64,000 nt of DNA from Octopus vulgaris. Lineage: Eukaryota. The notes beneath the pieces were generated by a model. The model saw only the letters and a program-made list of their open reading frames with translations. It was not told the origin of the DNA and did not search any database. Below are positions 38,428 through 53,195 of the stretch, piece by piece. Position numbers and translations under genes: made by a program. The DNA is taken from positions 80,972,001 through 81,036,000 of the forward strand of contig OX597826.1 of NCBI GenBank assembly GCA_951406725.2, written 5' to 3'. Position 1 is the stretch's first letter, and the number at the start of each line of letters is the position of its first letter.

Positions 38428-39300
38428 GGCAGCGAGCTGGCAGAATCGTTAGCACACTGGGTGAAATGCTTAGCAGTATTTCGTCTGTCTTTACGTTCTG
38501 AGTTCAAATTCCGCCAAGGTCAACTTTGCCTTTCATCCTTTCAGGATCGATAAATTAAGTACCGGTTGCGTACTGGGGTCAGTCTAATCGACTGGGCCCC
38601 CTGCCATCAAATTTCGGGCCTTGTGTCTGTAGTAGAAAGGGTTATTATTATTATTGTTAATATTACAGATATCCTAAGGCGGTGAGGTGACAGAACTTTT
38701 AGCAGACTGGGCAAAATGATTCCTGGTGTTTCATCCATGAAGGTGGTGAGCTAGCAGAAACGTTAGCACTCCAGGCGAAATGTCTAACGGTATTTCGTCT
38801 GCCGCTACAATCTGAGTTCAAATTCCGCCAAGGTCGACTTTACCTTTCATCCTTTCAGGGTCGATTAAATAAGTACCAGTTATGCACTGGGGTCAATGTA
38901 ATCGACTTAAATCCGTATGTCTGTCCTTGTTTGTCCTCTCTGTGTTTAGCCCCTTGTGGGTAGTAAAGAAATGGGTATTTCGTCTGCCGTTACGTTGAGT
39001 TCAAATTCCCTTTTTGGGGCCAATAAAATAAATACCAGTTGAGTACTAGGGCTGATGTAATCAACTTTCTCCCCTATCCCAATATTGCTGACCTTGTGCC
39101 AAAATTTGAAACAATTTTTATTGTTGTTGTTATTATTCAGTCTGTGAGCTGGCAGAATCGTTAGTATGCTGGGCATCAACTTTGCCTTTCATCCTTCCAG
39201 GATCAATAAAATAATAAGTATCGGCTCAACCCTGGGATCGATGTAATCGACTTATCCCCTCCCCCAAAATTGCTGGCCTTGCGCCAGAATTCGAGATCAA
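38428..39300 (+). mobile_element. Cluster of at least four family B tRNA-SINE copies or fragments
   Basis: Heads at ~38428, 38678, 38740 and 39145; central block actttgcctttcatcctttc.gg.tcgataaa...agtacc (resembles Meta/Nin-type conserved SINE domains); one inverted fragment at 39000-39050. Confidence 0.85.
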
Positions 39301-41063
39301 TATTAATAGATATTCTATTGTTATTGTTTCTTAATGAATGCTTTTAACTACAGTCAATCATGAGATTGTTTTGCTTTAATTAAATGTGTTGGATGATGGC
39401 AAACATGATTTGACAAGATGCTGCTGTAATGACAGACAGACGTCAACTGTAGCACAAGGTCAGCGCAAAGCCGTTGGTGCTTACCTTAAGACATTAGAAC
39501 TGTTAAGAGAAAATGTCCATACACTTTAGCCATCACATCTGGTGATAGTGTTGATGTTAGGTGTGGTTTAGAAGTGGGAGTTTTCAGAATGTCATGAGGA
39601 AATTTAAATAAAAGAATATCAAAGCAATTTATAATAACGAGGATAATTAAAAAAAAAAAAAGAAAATCTTTGGATAGTTTGGTTTGTGAAACTAAAGTGA
39701 CGGAGAAGTAGAAAAGGTGTTGGAATATTGGAATATGGAATACCGATTCATAAGGTCACTAGTTTCAACCCACTGCAGGTATTTTGCTGTTTACGTGCAG
39801 GACATTTTAAAAACTCTATATTACCTTGAGTTCATCTAGCTGTTGAGAACAGGTAACAAATATTCTTGGTAAAGGTCAATAGGTAATCACCTATTGATAA
39901 ATGATAAATATCACTGATCAGTGAAATGTCATGCTGTGTTGATGCTGCTCTTATTTATCATACCATGAGATAACTGATAATACCATCATCTCACCATTAT
40001 GAGACAGTTTAGTGTGTTGCCAGTTGAAGGCATTCTTCTTCAAATATTACGAGAGAGGTGTATAATCATACAATAGTAATGCGGATGCTTTAATGCTAAG
40101 CCAATGAATTTTAATAAATTAAAATCCCACCTTTTGTAATTAGAATAATAATGATTGTAGTAATGAGCAGTGTTATTTAAATGAATAATTCTTGTTATAA
40201 ACTCTCTTCGTAGGAAGGAGAATAAGAGTTTATACGTCTACTCAGAAAGTGAACAACAAACTGTGAGACATGCCAAAGTGGTTTGCTCATTTTTTTTCTG
40301 ACTATGAAGAGGATAATTAGGTGTGTTTACATCTGTTTAAAGTTTCCCAACAAAAGACTTGTCTGTAGTTTAGCCATTTTAAATTATTCTCGAGTTTTCT
40401 AAGGCATGTGAGTGGATCATGTGTGTGTGTGTGTGTGCATGCGTGTGTGTGCTAGTGTCTTCTTGCCTTGGTATTGTGTGTTAGTCGTAAACAAGTGTCA
40501 CTGTTATGCAGGTGGTGTCCTTTGTTTTCAATATTCTGTGAAAGCATGTCTGGCTAGAAGGAAATATTGCCTGACTTGGAAACAAGAGAGGGTTGGCGAC
40601 AGGAAGGACATCTAACTATAGAAAATTGCTCCCCACCCCAAAATTCTGGCTGACCCATGCAAACATAGAACAAACATTAAAACAATGATGGTGTGTGTGT
40701 ATGTGTGTGTGTTTGTGAATTGCTGAGGTGTTAGCAGTGTTTATTTTTGTGCTATGATGTAGTAGAAAGTTAACAGAAAGGCAAACAGTTGCTGATGGAA
40801 TCATAACAACATTAGAAAAAGTATAATCAAGATGATCCCTCTTTTTCTGTCCACAGTGAAATTATATAAACAAAGTCATTTATAACTATCCAGTGTAATT
40901 AATTAGTTTTTAATTAGCCTCCCCATGCTCTGCCAGCTCAAAGCTGTAAGTGTATTCTATTTCATTGGCTTCGGTCATTAGAATTTGGTGTTGCCATTAG
41001 TGTGTGTGTGTGCACGCGAGCACAAAGGTTCCATAAGAACCAGGGCCTTGTATAGGTCTAGGT

Positions 41064-41347
41064 CAGTGGTTCTCAACTGGGGGCCATATAGCTCTTGGGG
41101 GTCCATTTAAGATTTTCTTGTTAAAATTTATTTCCAGTAAAGTAGTTATATTTTTACATCACACAAAATATTTTGACAATTTTTTTTAATGCAAAAACCT
41201 AATTATATTTAATTTTTTATATTCTTTTATTCTTTTACTTGTTTCAGTCATTAATATTTTTAAACATGAAATGGTTAGGAGGGTCCACCCGAGTAAAATA
41301 AGAATTACAGTGGAGAGGGTAGAGGGGAAAATGGTTGAGAAGCAGTA
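41064..41347. mobile_element. hAT-Charlie-type MITE
   Basis: TIRs cagtggttctcaac / gttgagaagcagta; 8-bp TSD gtctaggt / gtctagat (NTCTAGAN target). Confidence 0.8.
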
Positions 41348-41422
41348 GTCTAGATTTATTGTATGAAGCAGATGAGATAATCCACTCCAGTAACGTTCTC
41401 AAAAGATATTTGGTATCTAGAA

Positions 41423-41656
41423 GGCGGCGAGGAGCTGGCAGAAATGTTAGCACGCCGGGCGAAATGCGTAGCCGGATTTCGTCTGCCGTTACGTTCTGGG
41501 TTCAAATTCCACCGAGGTCGACTTTGCCTTTCATCCTTTCGGGGTCAGTAAATTAAGTACCAGTTACGCACTGGAATCAATATACTCGACTTAATCCGTC
41601 TGTCTGTCCTTGTTTGTCCTCTCTGTGTTTAGCCCCTTGTAGGTGGTAAAGAAATA
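41423..41656 (+). mobile_element. Full-length family B SINE
   Basis: Complete head, central block and tail (ttagccccttgt..gtaaagaaata); flanking direct repeat tttggtatcta. Confidence 0.9.
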
Positions 41657-42689
41657 TATATTTGGTATCTAATCTCAGTAGTTTGGTAAAGTAAGGCACT
41701 GTGGAACAAAGTGTTGTACCCCCAAAATACAATTATATTGGGAAGCAGCTTAGCACCTTCGTTAGAATAGAAATCGTTGGATGTTGTTAACGAGTTTGCA
41801 GTCAAATAGTCTGTTCGCTCTTGTCAGTTGTGACTATTTTCACTTGATCTTTTAGTTTGCTTCAGTCATTGGACTGTGGCCATGCTGGGGCAGTGCCTGG
41901 ATGGGTTTAGTTGAATAAATTAACCTCAGTACTTATTTTTTTAAAGTCTGGTGCTTATTCCATCAGTCTCTTTTGCCAAACCACTAAGTTACAGGGACAT
42001 AGAAAAAACCAACACCAGCTGTCAAACAGTGATGGAGGACAAACACACACATACACGCACACACTTGGATTCTTTCAGTTTCCATCTACCAAATCTTCTC
42101 AGAAGACTTTGGTTGGCCCTAGGCTATCATAGAAGACACTTGCCCAAGGTGCCACATAGTGAGACTGAACCCTGAACCATGTGGTTGGGAGCACATGTTT
42201 TTACCACACAGCCACATCTATCCATATTTTAATGAAAAGTTGCTGTTAGTTAAACCTGGGGCTGGTGAAAGGAATTCTGGCCATGACCATCCTGTTTGTT
42301 TATCTGAGACTTCCTGTTTTAAGATGAAAGATTTTGAACAGAGGGAATTTGAGTGCTGTTTTTAACAGATCAAGGAACCCGGTAGAAGTTTGCTGTTGGC
42401 TCTTCAGCAGTGGTGTAAAAATATTATGGGCCAACTTGTAAATTCCCATTCTACTTTACCAAAGAACTTAATTCTTCTTGCACCAATAAAATCTAGTCAC
42501 TGGTCTGTGTAGGTGGAAAAATCTTCAAGAAGCCGGGTGGAATGTAAACGGGGTGGGGGGAATAGAACTGGTCATATAAGTCATTGTTGGTGTTTAAGAA
42601 AAGGATTTTGTTCCATCCTGGCACACAAACGAGCTTCTTTCAATATCAAAGAGATGAATCAGAGGGAAAAAAAAAGTCTTCTAATTTCT

Positions 42690-42726
<37 letters not shown>

Positions 42727-43707
42727 TCTGGTCTAACCAGCTGGTCCTGACATCTTGGTTGTTCAGCTCAGCCAATGGCATTGTATCTACAAAGCAAAAT
42801 AATAAATTTATATAATAAATACATACAAAAGAAAATTAATCTGAGAAGAATTTTTTTTTTTTTTTTTGTTGTAAAAATGAAAATCTAAAATAAATATAAA
42901 ATGGCTTTTTAATTTCTTTTATTGTCAAAGATTCAAAAGCTGAAAAAAAATTTTCTAAGCACAAGAAAGCTGTTATGCCAGTTTGGTATTAAGAACAATA
43001 TGTCGCTTTGAATCCTGTGACTGTATGGTAAAGCAGTCACAAAGCAAAAATAGCAGCGAATTCTCTGTTCGTCTCAATAATGAGCATTCATTTGTTTGAC
43101 TAACTGAATTTCTACATGTGAAATTAATGCATTAGTGGCTGAATACACCACAGACAGGTGTACCCTTAATGCAGTTCTCATGCTGAATTTGTGTGAAAAC
43201 GGAAAGTGACATTCGAATTACTCTGCCAAATGTAACGCTCGTTTATTTACATTGGTTTTTTAATTAATCGTGCATTGTCTTGTAGCTTTTAGACATCAAT
43301 GTGATTGTTTATTTTTGGAATGACATTGTAGGGTATGTGTGAGAGGCCAGATAGTGGAGAGGTGAGACGCTGGATTGTGTTGGAGGTGTAGGACTATCCT
43401 TCTGTATCAGGGCAAGTTTGGGTAAATGTGTGGAGGTGGGGTGGGGTTGTGTGTGTGTGTGTGGGGGGGGGGGGGTGAGGCCAAAGGAGTAAAGAAGAGA
43501 ATGGGTGTTGAAGAATCAGGGGGAAAGATAATGGAGAAAGTGTAGTTGAGCTGAGCATTGGAAAGGGTGGTGGGATGGGGGTAGGTGAGGTGGAGGGAGT
43601 ATAGTGAAGAGAAGAAAGGCTAAAGGATATTGTAGAGGTGTGTGAGTGGGCAGTGAGGTAAAGTTAAGAGGAGGAGGCGTTGGGTGGCAACAGAAGTAAC
43701 CCAGGAA

Positions 43708-43926
43708 AGTGGTGAGCTGGCAGAAACGTTGGTTTGCTGGGCGAAATGCTTAGCGGTATTTCACTTCTTTATGTTCTGAGTTCAAATTCCACCGAGGTCG
43801 ACTTTGCCTTTCATCCTTTTTGGGGTCGATAAATTAAGTACCAGTCATGTACTGGGGTCGATCTTATTGACTGCCCCCCCTCCCCCAAAATTTCGGGCTT
43901 TGTGCCTGGAGTAGAAAAAAAAAAAA
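43708..43926 (+). mobile_element. Family B SINE (alternative tail) with TSD
   Basis: TSD agaagtaacccagga on both sides; tail ccctcccccaaaatttcgggctttgtgcct. Confidence 0.85.
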
Positions 43927-46095
43927 GAAGTAACCCAGGAGAAAGTGAGATAGGGAGGGAGGGAGAGTGTGTGTGTGTTTGTGCTGTGAGTGATGGGAGT
44001 CATGGAATGGAAAGGATGTTGTTGCTTTCATTTAGCATTGCTCTTATTTTGTGTTTTGCTTTTCAAGTCACTTTTTACCATAAATTGTTCTGTATTTTCT
44101 GGCATACACGTTAACCATAGCATATCGTGTAAGCATTCAAACACGACCACTATTTTTCCATGGAACTTTTGGTTCTCCAAAGCCATCTTGGTGTAGAAGT
44201 CAACCTGCCTTCTGTCTTTGGCTGTAAATTTCGCTCTGAAGAATCAGACTCCTATGCTGGAAAATATAGTACATACCAATTACCACTGGTGTGCGGGCGC
44301 ATGCACACACATGCACACACACACACACACACACAAATACACGCTCACACACACACACTGTCATACATACGCATATGCAATGGGCTTCTGCAGTTGCGGT
44401 GCTGATGCATTAATTGGTCAACTCAACTCTATGGAAAACATGTGCTCAGGATAGGAAATAAATGGAGATTGAACCTGAAGCCATGGGATTACAAAGTGGA
44501 CTACTTAAACTTGATTATGTTTTTTTTTTTTAAAATAAATGAATCAAAATTTGTTCCATTATAACTTCCAAGGTTCCATAATTGTCTAAGTTTTACCAAA
44601 GTTGCTTTTTCTTTTACCTTCAGGCTTTCTCTCTCACTCTCCTTCCTTCTATCTCTTTCTAGCGTGACTCTCTTTCTCTTTAAGGCATTCCCTTTCTCTT
44701 TGTCTCTTCTTACTATCACTTTCTCTCTCTCCCTTCCTCTCTCTCCCTTCCTCTCTCCTCATCAAATATTTTGTGTATTAAATGAGATGAAAACTAATCA
44801 AATTATAAAAGAAAAAACAGACAAAACAAAAACACCACCAACAAAAACCTGTGAATAATGTTTTTAAAATCCTATTTCCTTGCTCTTCTCCAATCTGATG
44901 TGAAACTTTCTTCTGAAGTGTGTGTAATTCCAAAAATTAATTACTTAGCATTAATAGCTTTAAAGTTGGCTAAGCATCAGTCCTATTTGGCAAGAAGAAC
45001 CTGTTTAGTTTTCTCTAAGATCTATTAGAATAATGCAGATAGTATTTCTGAAGAGAATGTACTTTCAAGAAGAACCTCTTCCAACCCCCACAAACTCATG
45101 CACCAACAAATAAACCCATTTCGTGGTCAATCAACTTACTCAAAATAGCCAATTCTCTTTGTATCAATAACACTTTACTGGCTTAAAAAAAAAAAAGAAA
45201 GAGAAAGAAAAAGGAAGTGGAATGATGAACCTGAAGAATGACAGACAAGATCATCATATCTGGAATGCTTTGGCCATAAGCCGAGTTAATCAGGGCTGGT
45301 GACCTCCACTCCATACACACACGGGCATGAATGTATGTATGGCACAAAAAGGCCCACAAACCGTAGGGAGTTAAGTACACATCGAAAGGATTAAGAAATT
45401 TGTTTTCTGTAATATTATCCAACACCAATGGCTGAATAAATTGGGACAAATTATATTTATTTTAGAATTTTAATTACTGTCCACATTCTTTGGGTGTGAA
45501 CAGTTACTGCTCTGCATTTTTTGTTTTTGTTTGTTTTTTGTTAAGGACCCAAATTGTAAGGTCAGTCATATGTGTGAAGGTTTGTTTGCTCCCTATTTGT
45601 GGTGTGTATGGAGGTGTGGCTTTGTGGTCAGCAGTTTGTTTCCCAAACATGTGGTCTTGAGTTCAGTCTCTCTACATGACACCATGGGCAAGTGCCTTCT
45701 ACTATAGCCCTGGGCCGATCAAAGACTTGTGAGTGGATGCCATAGATGGAAACTGAAAGAAGCCTGTCATATATTGATATGTATATATGTAAGTGTATGT
45801 GAATGTGTGCATGCGTGCACCTTGACATGACCTGAGAGTTGTAGATGAATGTTGCCATCAAGTAAATGCTGTCCTTCGATTCCGTTCTTTTGTGAAAAGA
45901 TGTTTGGTCGTTGGGGATTATTACTTTACTCTGACAAAGAGCTTTGCTAGAAACAAAAACTATTTTTCTTTCCTTTCCCGAGCATCTGCTGATTCTTTGC
46001 ATGTACCACGTCCTCACATTGTTTTTTTTTCTTGTTGTGTTTAATCTTTTTTTATTTACTATGTATGTTTGTCATTGTTTAGTCTTATTTAAAAA

Positions 46096-46473
46096 CTAGC
46101 ACTATGACCAAGCAACACAGGGTCATGGTGCTAGTGCATGCATATACAGCTGTGTGCTTGCGCACGTACACGCGAGTACTGTCCAAATCTCCGACCAATC
46201 GCATACAGCTAGGTGGCATTCAATTGGCGTAACAAGTTTCGGGCAATTTGATTGGGTTTTGGATAGAAAATTCACAAAAAAGTCACTTCTGTTGATTTTT
46301 TTTAATGGCTTTGCGGGATGACTGGGGAAATGTAAAGATGTGCACGACCACCCTTGGACGGTTTTGAATGACCATAGAAAGTGCGAGCCCTCTAACTGAA
46401 AAATTGTAGAGTTGTATAAAGGACACACACACACACACACAGATAGACATTTTGCCATTTATATATATATAGA
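46096..46473 (-). mobile_element. Complete non-autonomous Helitron
   Basis: On the minus strand it starts A|TC (46473), has a (TG)n tract, and ends in hairpin tagcaccatgacc..ggtcatagtg-CTAG|T (46096); A|T target site, no TSD. Confidence 0.8.
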
Positions 46474-48089
46474 TTTCTTGCCAATAGAGAAAGAGCTGGT
46501 TTCTAACCTAGATCCAAGGCTCTTTCATTGGAATTTCAACATCGACAGGGTATTTTTGTTTGTTTGTATGTATGTTTTGTTTTATGTATGTATTTTCATG
46601 CACATAGTTGCATATCTGGGCATACTCATGTATGTATATATGTGAGTGAGTGTGTGTATGATAGATCATGTCTAAACTAACAAGGTGCTTTTTAAGGTGC
46701 TGGTACCACTTAAAAAGCACCTGTGATGGCACTACATAAAAAGTACCCAGTATACTCTGTGGTGTGGTCAGCATTAGGAGGGTCATCCAGCTGTAGAAAC
46801 CAAGCCAAAACAGACAATGGAACCTGGTGTGTTCACTGGCCTTGCCGTTTCCTGTCAAGCTGTCCAACTCATGCCAGCATGGAAAATGGATGTTAAATGA
46901 TGGTGAAGGATTATCCTAGGTGTTCAATCAACAGCAGGTAAAATATACTGAGATGGTAGCTAAATGGTTAGCTGTTACCATGATTGGTATCTGTCGTGGC
47001 TGTCGCTTCTGCCTCTGCCATGAATATCGTCACCAACATTATTACTGTCATTGGTGGCTTTGTAATTGTGTCTATCATCGTCAGCATCTCTTAGAGTAAT
47101 AACGAGACGATGGAATGAGACTGGAGGATTTTGGGTGCTGACACATCAGTCATTAACCCTTCGGATTACTCTGTCAAATGCTTATTTACTCTTAGTGTTT
47201 TGAATTAATCATGTATTATCTTGTAGCTACAAGATTTTCATGAAAGAATGGGTTACTTTAAGAATGGCTTTGTAATGTAGGTATGTTTTGAACATAAAAA
47301 CAGAATATTTGAGCCAGATATAAGGACACAGGAAACGGTGTTTCCTAGGGTTAAATAACAGTAGCATTCTTCCCTTTCATGGGACTGTCACATTAAGCTG
47401 ACAACATGCTATCACTTTATCGTGCTGCTACTGCATAAATCTCTCTGAGAGATTTAGAAATATTTTATTTCTATTTTCAGGTATGGCTAGTTTAAATGTT
47501 GAGGGGTTAATGTTTCTAGTGCTCCTGTTGCTTATAGCTGTAATCTCTTTCCCTTTATGTCCCCCAGTTGTATTGATTTGTATATTCTTTGAATTGAATG
47601 TTCAAGAGTTACGTGCCCTTTCGACTAGTTTGGCTCACAAACTACAAACTATTGTCTACCAACATTCAAATGTCTTCAGCAGCTGTGGTTCTTCCATGTA
47701 TTTACGGTTATTGACTTGTTTTGGTAATATTAAACTTATTGACAACTTGATTTATAGTTAAAATCTGTTTTATCTGCCATTCACACAAAATATTACCAAT
47801 GGCTGATCATGGCATTGTGCTATTCTTATACTAAATCACACTGTCAGTAAGTTTACCTTGTTATTTTTTAAATTTTCATTTTGTTTCTGATTGCTGCCAG
47901 CAAATGTACAGTTTTATAAAGATAATTTTTCACCAATATTCTTGGTATGATTAGTATGGTAGTCAAATTTTTATTGGTTGTATATGATTATAAATTATCA
48001 TTTAGTCAAGATGGCGAGCTAGCAAAATTGTTAACAAGATGGACAAAATGCTTAGTAACATTTCTTCTGACTCTTTACATTCTCAGTTC

Positions 48090-48331
48090 CGTATCAGGAC
48101 AATTACTCACCTAGGATAATTACTGCCCCACCACACACACACACACACACACGCCAATAGGACAATTGCCCCTGACGACAACTATCCCCTAGGACAATTA
48201 CTCCCCTTGTTTAATTACCCCCTCTCCAATATATTAATAAGTTTTAAATCATCTGTTGTCGTCAGTGGGTAATTGTTTTGTGGGGGGGGGGGTATTGTCC
48301 ATGGGGGTGGGGGTAAAATATCCTAGACTCC
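48090..48331. mobile_element. MITE-like element with subterminal ggacaatt(a/g)c repeats, inserted in a family B SINE
   Basis: Direct ggacaatt.c.ccc repeats on the left, inverted ggg...aattgt/attgtcc on the right; the SINE resumes at ~48332. Confidence 0.55.
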
Positions 48332-50230
48332 TCAGTGCGACTCCTACCGAAGTCAACTTTACTTTTCATTCTTATGGGGTTGATAAAAATGAAGTACCAG
48401 TCAAATAATGGGGGTGATATAGCAAACTTGAATCTCCCCTCAAAATTACTGGCTTTGTGCCAAAATTAGAATTATTTAGCCAAGGAAAAAAAAAATGGTG
48501 GGGGTCAAATAAGCATCCTTTTCCAGATCGGCAAGCTTGGCACGGTTGATGTTCAGATTAAATTTCTGAAGGTTGATGTCTGTAAGGAAAACTTCAGCAG
48601 TAATGTGGTGCCATGCTACACTATTTCAGTTCTAGCTGGGATAACTTAAGAGAGTGGTTGGATGGTAGTTAACACGGAACAAAATCGGAATTGACCAGTG
48701 GAGATGAACCATACACATTGGCTAGACAGGAATATACAACTTTAGAGATTTTCAAATATATTTAAGGATTACATTATCCAACATTTTCCTTTTCTTTCTA
48801 AGACAATAGAATTTGATTTGAAAGAGACTTGACTATTATATCTAGCAAGTTTTAACTACTTCATAGAGGCTCTTCTCAAACAATAGAGCCTGACTTCTCA
48901 TTTTTACATTTCATTTCTGCTCTGCAGAATTTTTAAATTTAGCCTCCACACACATCTTCTTACACAATACTCTCTAAATATTTCATTCAGGATTCAATTT
49001 TATTCTTTAAATAGTATTTTAATGGAAATATGCTATATTTTGTGCAAGAAAAAGAAAGAAAAGAAAACCTCCTGTTATTAACTCTTCCCTCTCACACTTC
49101 TTCATTCCTTACTTTTCACTTGCCATTTGTTGTATGAAGCTCAATTCATCACAAAAACCACTTAAGCGCTGCAGCTTCGAGGAAACTTCTTTTGTCAAGT
49201 GTGAAGAACCTGTTTAGTATGAGGAGAATGTGTGGAGTACATCTGTACTGAGGAAAACTAGTGAATCTTTAATTTTGCATGTTAATTGGTATGTGGCTTA
49301 GGTTTCATTACTGTGTTAGTCTGAAGGATTAAACCATTATTTTTCTTTGAGGATTTCATCATCAGCTGTAGTTTCAAATTTGGGCGAAAGACAGGTGTGT
49401 GAAGGGACTCCCCCCCACTTGTGCTAAATGATTGCTCAACTCATTAGAATTAAAGTCCAATATTCATCTCAGAGAGTAGTTTACCATCTCAAACGGCACC
49501 ATGCTTTCTTTGAAAAAGTAAAGACCTATTTAGTCTGAAATATAGATGTGATGGTCACGATAGCCACACTTTGATCATAGAACTATTTGAACACAACTGA
49601 CTGAAACTAAACAACAACATTTGAAATACCGTTATTATGCTGCAATTGTACAGAATACATTGAAGTGTGGTGTCTGAAATATTCTTCAATCTGTGAAAAT
49701 AGCATAGTGTATAATTTGTAGACTGCTTTTGATTTAGCACGAAATAGTCCAACTGATGTGGGTCTGGGTATTTGGCAACACTAAATCTCAAAGTCTTTTT
49801 CTATTATAATTCCATTGCTGTAATCCACTCATTTTAAACATAAATTTCCTCCAATTTTAGCTCTTTATCATAACTCATTAGTTGATTTCTATGATTCTCT
49901 CTTTCTCTCTCTCTCTCTATCTCTCTCATGTATATATTTTATCAGCAGCAGCATTTAATGTCCTCATTTCATACTGGCATGGGTTGGATGGTTTGTCAAG
50001 CACTGGCAAGTCAGACGACCCCTCCAAGCTCTGCTGTCTGTTTTGACAGGGTTTCTATAACTAGATGCCCTTCTTAGTGTTAACAACTTTACGGAGTGTG
50101 GACTGGGTGCTTTTTACCTGGCAACAACAGCAGTGGGGTCACAAAACAACTTGCAAGACAAAGACCCCTAACTGAGTTAGGGAAAAGTATTTAGGGAGGT
50201 GGCTGTGTGCTAGGTGATGAGGGGTTAGAG

Positions 50231-50398
50231 CAGAGGTCCCCAAAGTTTTTAGAACATCAACCCCTTCATGGAATCTTTGACCCCTGATCGACCCCAGCCA
50301 TGTACAAGAGAATAAATAAATAATAATAAGGGGTCAATAAATGCACATCTACTTAATTATTATCACGGGTCGATATCAATCACTTTGGAAACCCCCTG
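50231..50398. mobile_element. hAT MITE
   Basis: TIRs cagaggtccccaaag / ctttggaaaccccctg; perfect 8-bp TSD ggttagag (50223-50230, 50399-50406). Confidence 0.85.
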
Positions 50399-51422
50399 GG
50401 TTAGAGTATAAATTGAGGGGCAGACATCCTATGTCTTGCAGTAAAAGAAATGCATGAATACCTCAGTTGGGGAGAGAGAAGATGGTGAAAATGTGATGGC
50501 AGGATACGGACAAGTTGTAGGAAGACATATACAAGTAAAGTGGACCCGAGGATTGGGTAGGGTGAATGGGCCCTGTAAGTTTACAAGATTGTGAAAGGAA
50601 AGTGGGAGGGGGATGTAGTGAACAGAAATAGAGGGAGGAACTTGTTAGGGTAATATGTGTGATGTGTGTGTGTGTGTGTTATGGGCTTTCTGCAGTTCCT
50701 TTCTACGAAATCAACTCCCAAGGCAATGGTTAGCCTGGGGTTCTTTTAGAAGACATTTGCTCACAGTTTTACTACGACTGCACATTTGGAGTTGGATCCA
50801 TAACCATGTGATTGCAAAGCGATGCCTGCGTCTATTTGTACTCTATGTAAACTACAGGATGTTGGATATATTTAGAACGGTGTAAACATGCTGGAGAACA
50901 TATTCCACCAATACTCAACTATGGAATTTTTGGATTACCAATTGATCTTTCTGTTTACAAGTGCTAAGTTTGAAATAGGAATCTCTTGTATAGCGCTGTT
51001 GTTGGCTCTGCTCTAGATTACTTTACCGTTCTACCATGTACAGGAATCAATTGTTCTTCAGCAAGAAATTTTATTTATATATCTTTATTACAACTTTTCC
51101 ACAAAGCTGGTCAATAAATACAGTATATATGTGTACAAAGGATGGGTGTATACATGTGTGTGTGTGTATGCAAGTGTGTATATTTTTGAATGTGTGTTGA
51201 TAGATATATATAACTGTAGATGTGTGGTTCTATGTATTTGTATACATATAGATTTGTGCTTGCTTGTATGTGTATATATGTATGTTTGTATGTATATTTA
51301 TGTATGTATATTTGTTATATAGATGTATATATACATATATACGGATGTATGATTATATATATAAATAAATATCTGGATGTGTATGTCAGCATAGGAATAT
51401 GTGTGCATCTGTGTGTGTGTGT

Positions 51423-51476
<54 letters not shown>

Positions 51477-52350
51477 TTCTATATATATGATGCAGTGATG
51501 TATAGTTTGTTTGTTGAGATATTGATTCTGAACTAAACACTGACAAACCCTCCCAGACCCCCACAAAACCCACACCTCAACCCCCCTTGCCCCTTCGTAC
51601 AACTCATTCTGCTTCTTGGAAATTGTATAACATCTTCCATTTTTTCATCACTTTTCTCAAAGTGTTTCAATATATTCCATCTTTCAGGAAAATTCCATTC
51701 TTTTCATGTTTTTAAATTTCTCTGGGAATTCTTTTATTTATAAAAAAAAAGAACCTAAGAAAAATATGTATATGGAATATATTGTTTATTGAAGCCTCCA
51801 AGAATGGTTATATTGTCGCCCTTGGCACAAGTTTTATTTCCTAGGGTTTTTTTGTTTGTTTGTTTGCTCTTTTGGTTTTTTCTTTTTCGTTATGGAGAGT
51901 GAAAAGAGTGTTGTCTTGGATAAGTGAGTTTCATTGTTCCATATTGCTCCATATCATTCCATTATTGTTCTTAGTTATCTGGGAATATTTATAGAGGTGG
52001 AGAGAGGAGAGGGGTTGAGTTACTAATGTGAATGACTTTTGTTATGGCACATACATACAAAAGACATCATAAACAAGAACGGAGAACTGTACATCGCTGA
52101 GAACTTGTTTAGTGAAATATTGTATGCAAAGCATTCATATTAAATCTTTTAATGTGGATCTATTGCATATAATACTGTAATAAACAAATTTTGAAGGATT
52201 TACGATTCTCTGTCCTTGTTTATAATATCTTCAATATGCAGTTGCATTCTGTCATTCAATGTGGTGAGTCAGAACCTGGATTATATCAGAGTATTTGTAA
52301 GGTACCTGCTCAGAATCAAAATCTCTAGATATACATAAATCATCATTTAA

Positions 52351-52571
52351 CCCTTTTGTTACCATATTTCTGTTGAGACGTTCTGTGTTTCTTTCAATTA
52401 TGTTAAATATAACAAAGAATTTAGTAAAATAACTTAGTTATCATTAAGCTTGTGTTAGGAAAATAAATTGTGACTAAAGTTTGGTGGAAGATTTTTATTC
52501 AAAACTTATGAAAACAAGACATTTATAATACAGAGCCAGAGCTGGTTTCAGCCCGGTTAGTAATGAAAGGG
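52351..52571. mobile_element. piggyBac-type MITE (second family)
   Basis: TTAA|ccctttt gttac ... gtaatgaaaggg|tttaa termini. Confidence 0.7.
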
Positions 52572-53195
52572 TTTAATGTCTTCTTTACACGTTAGCATGG
52601 GTTGTCTGCTTTGGTTAGATGCCCTTCCTAATGCCATGCCCTTCACATGTATAAATATGTGCATGCATGTGTATACATACATATATATATATCACCATCA
52701 TCATCATTTAATGCCTACTTTTCCATGTTTCCAAGGGCTGAATGTAATTCATTGAGGAAGATTTTCAGTGACCGGTGCTCTTCTGATCTCTTCTGATCTC
52801 TGATCTGCTTCTAAGCCAGATAATATTTTCAGTCCCAAGACTGAACCCAAGCATGTCATCTCGGACTAGTGTCATCAGCTATAGTCCCTGGCTGCCCAGA
52901 GCCTTGTGAGTAGATTTCATCTGTCTGCGGCCACACACTACACATGACTTTATGTATACCCACCAGCAAATAAGTGTATATTTTACATTGTTGCTCACCC
53001 ATATAATGGAATACAAATAAAGACTAATAGCAGGGTTTAAATTGGATTTGATACTTACATATCTACAGTATCTTACCAACATGTACTTTCATTGTTGTTT
53101 GTCTCACTGTACCTAACCATTTCTGGCATCCTACATATTCATCTGCCTAGCTTCTATTGAATCTCTATAATTAATACACACACACACACACATAC

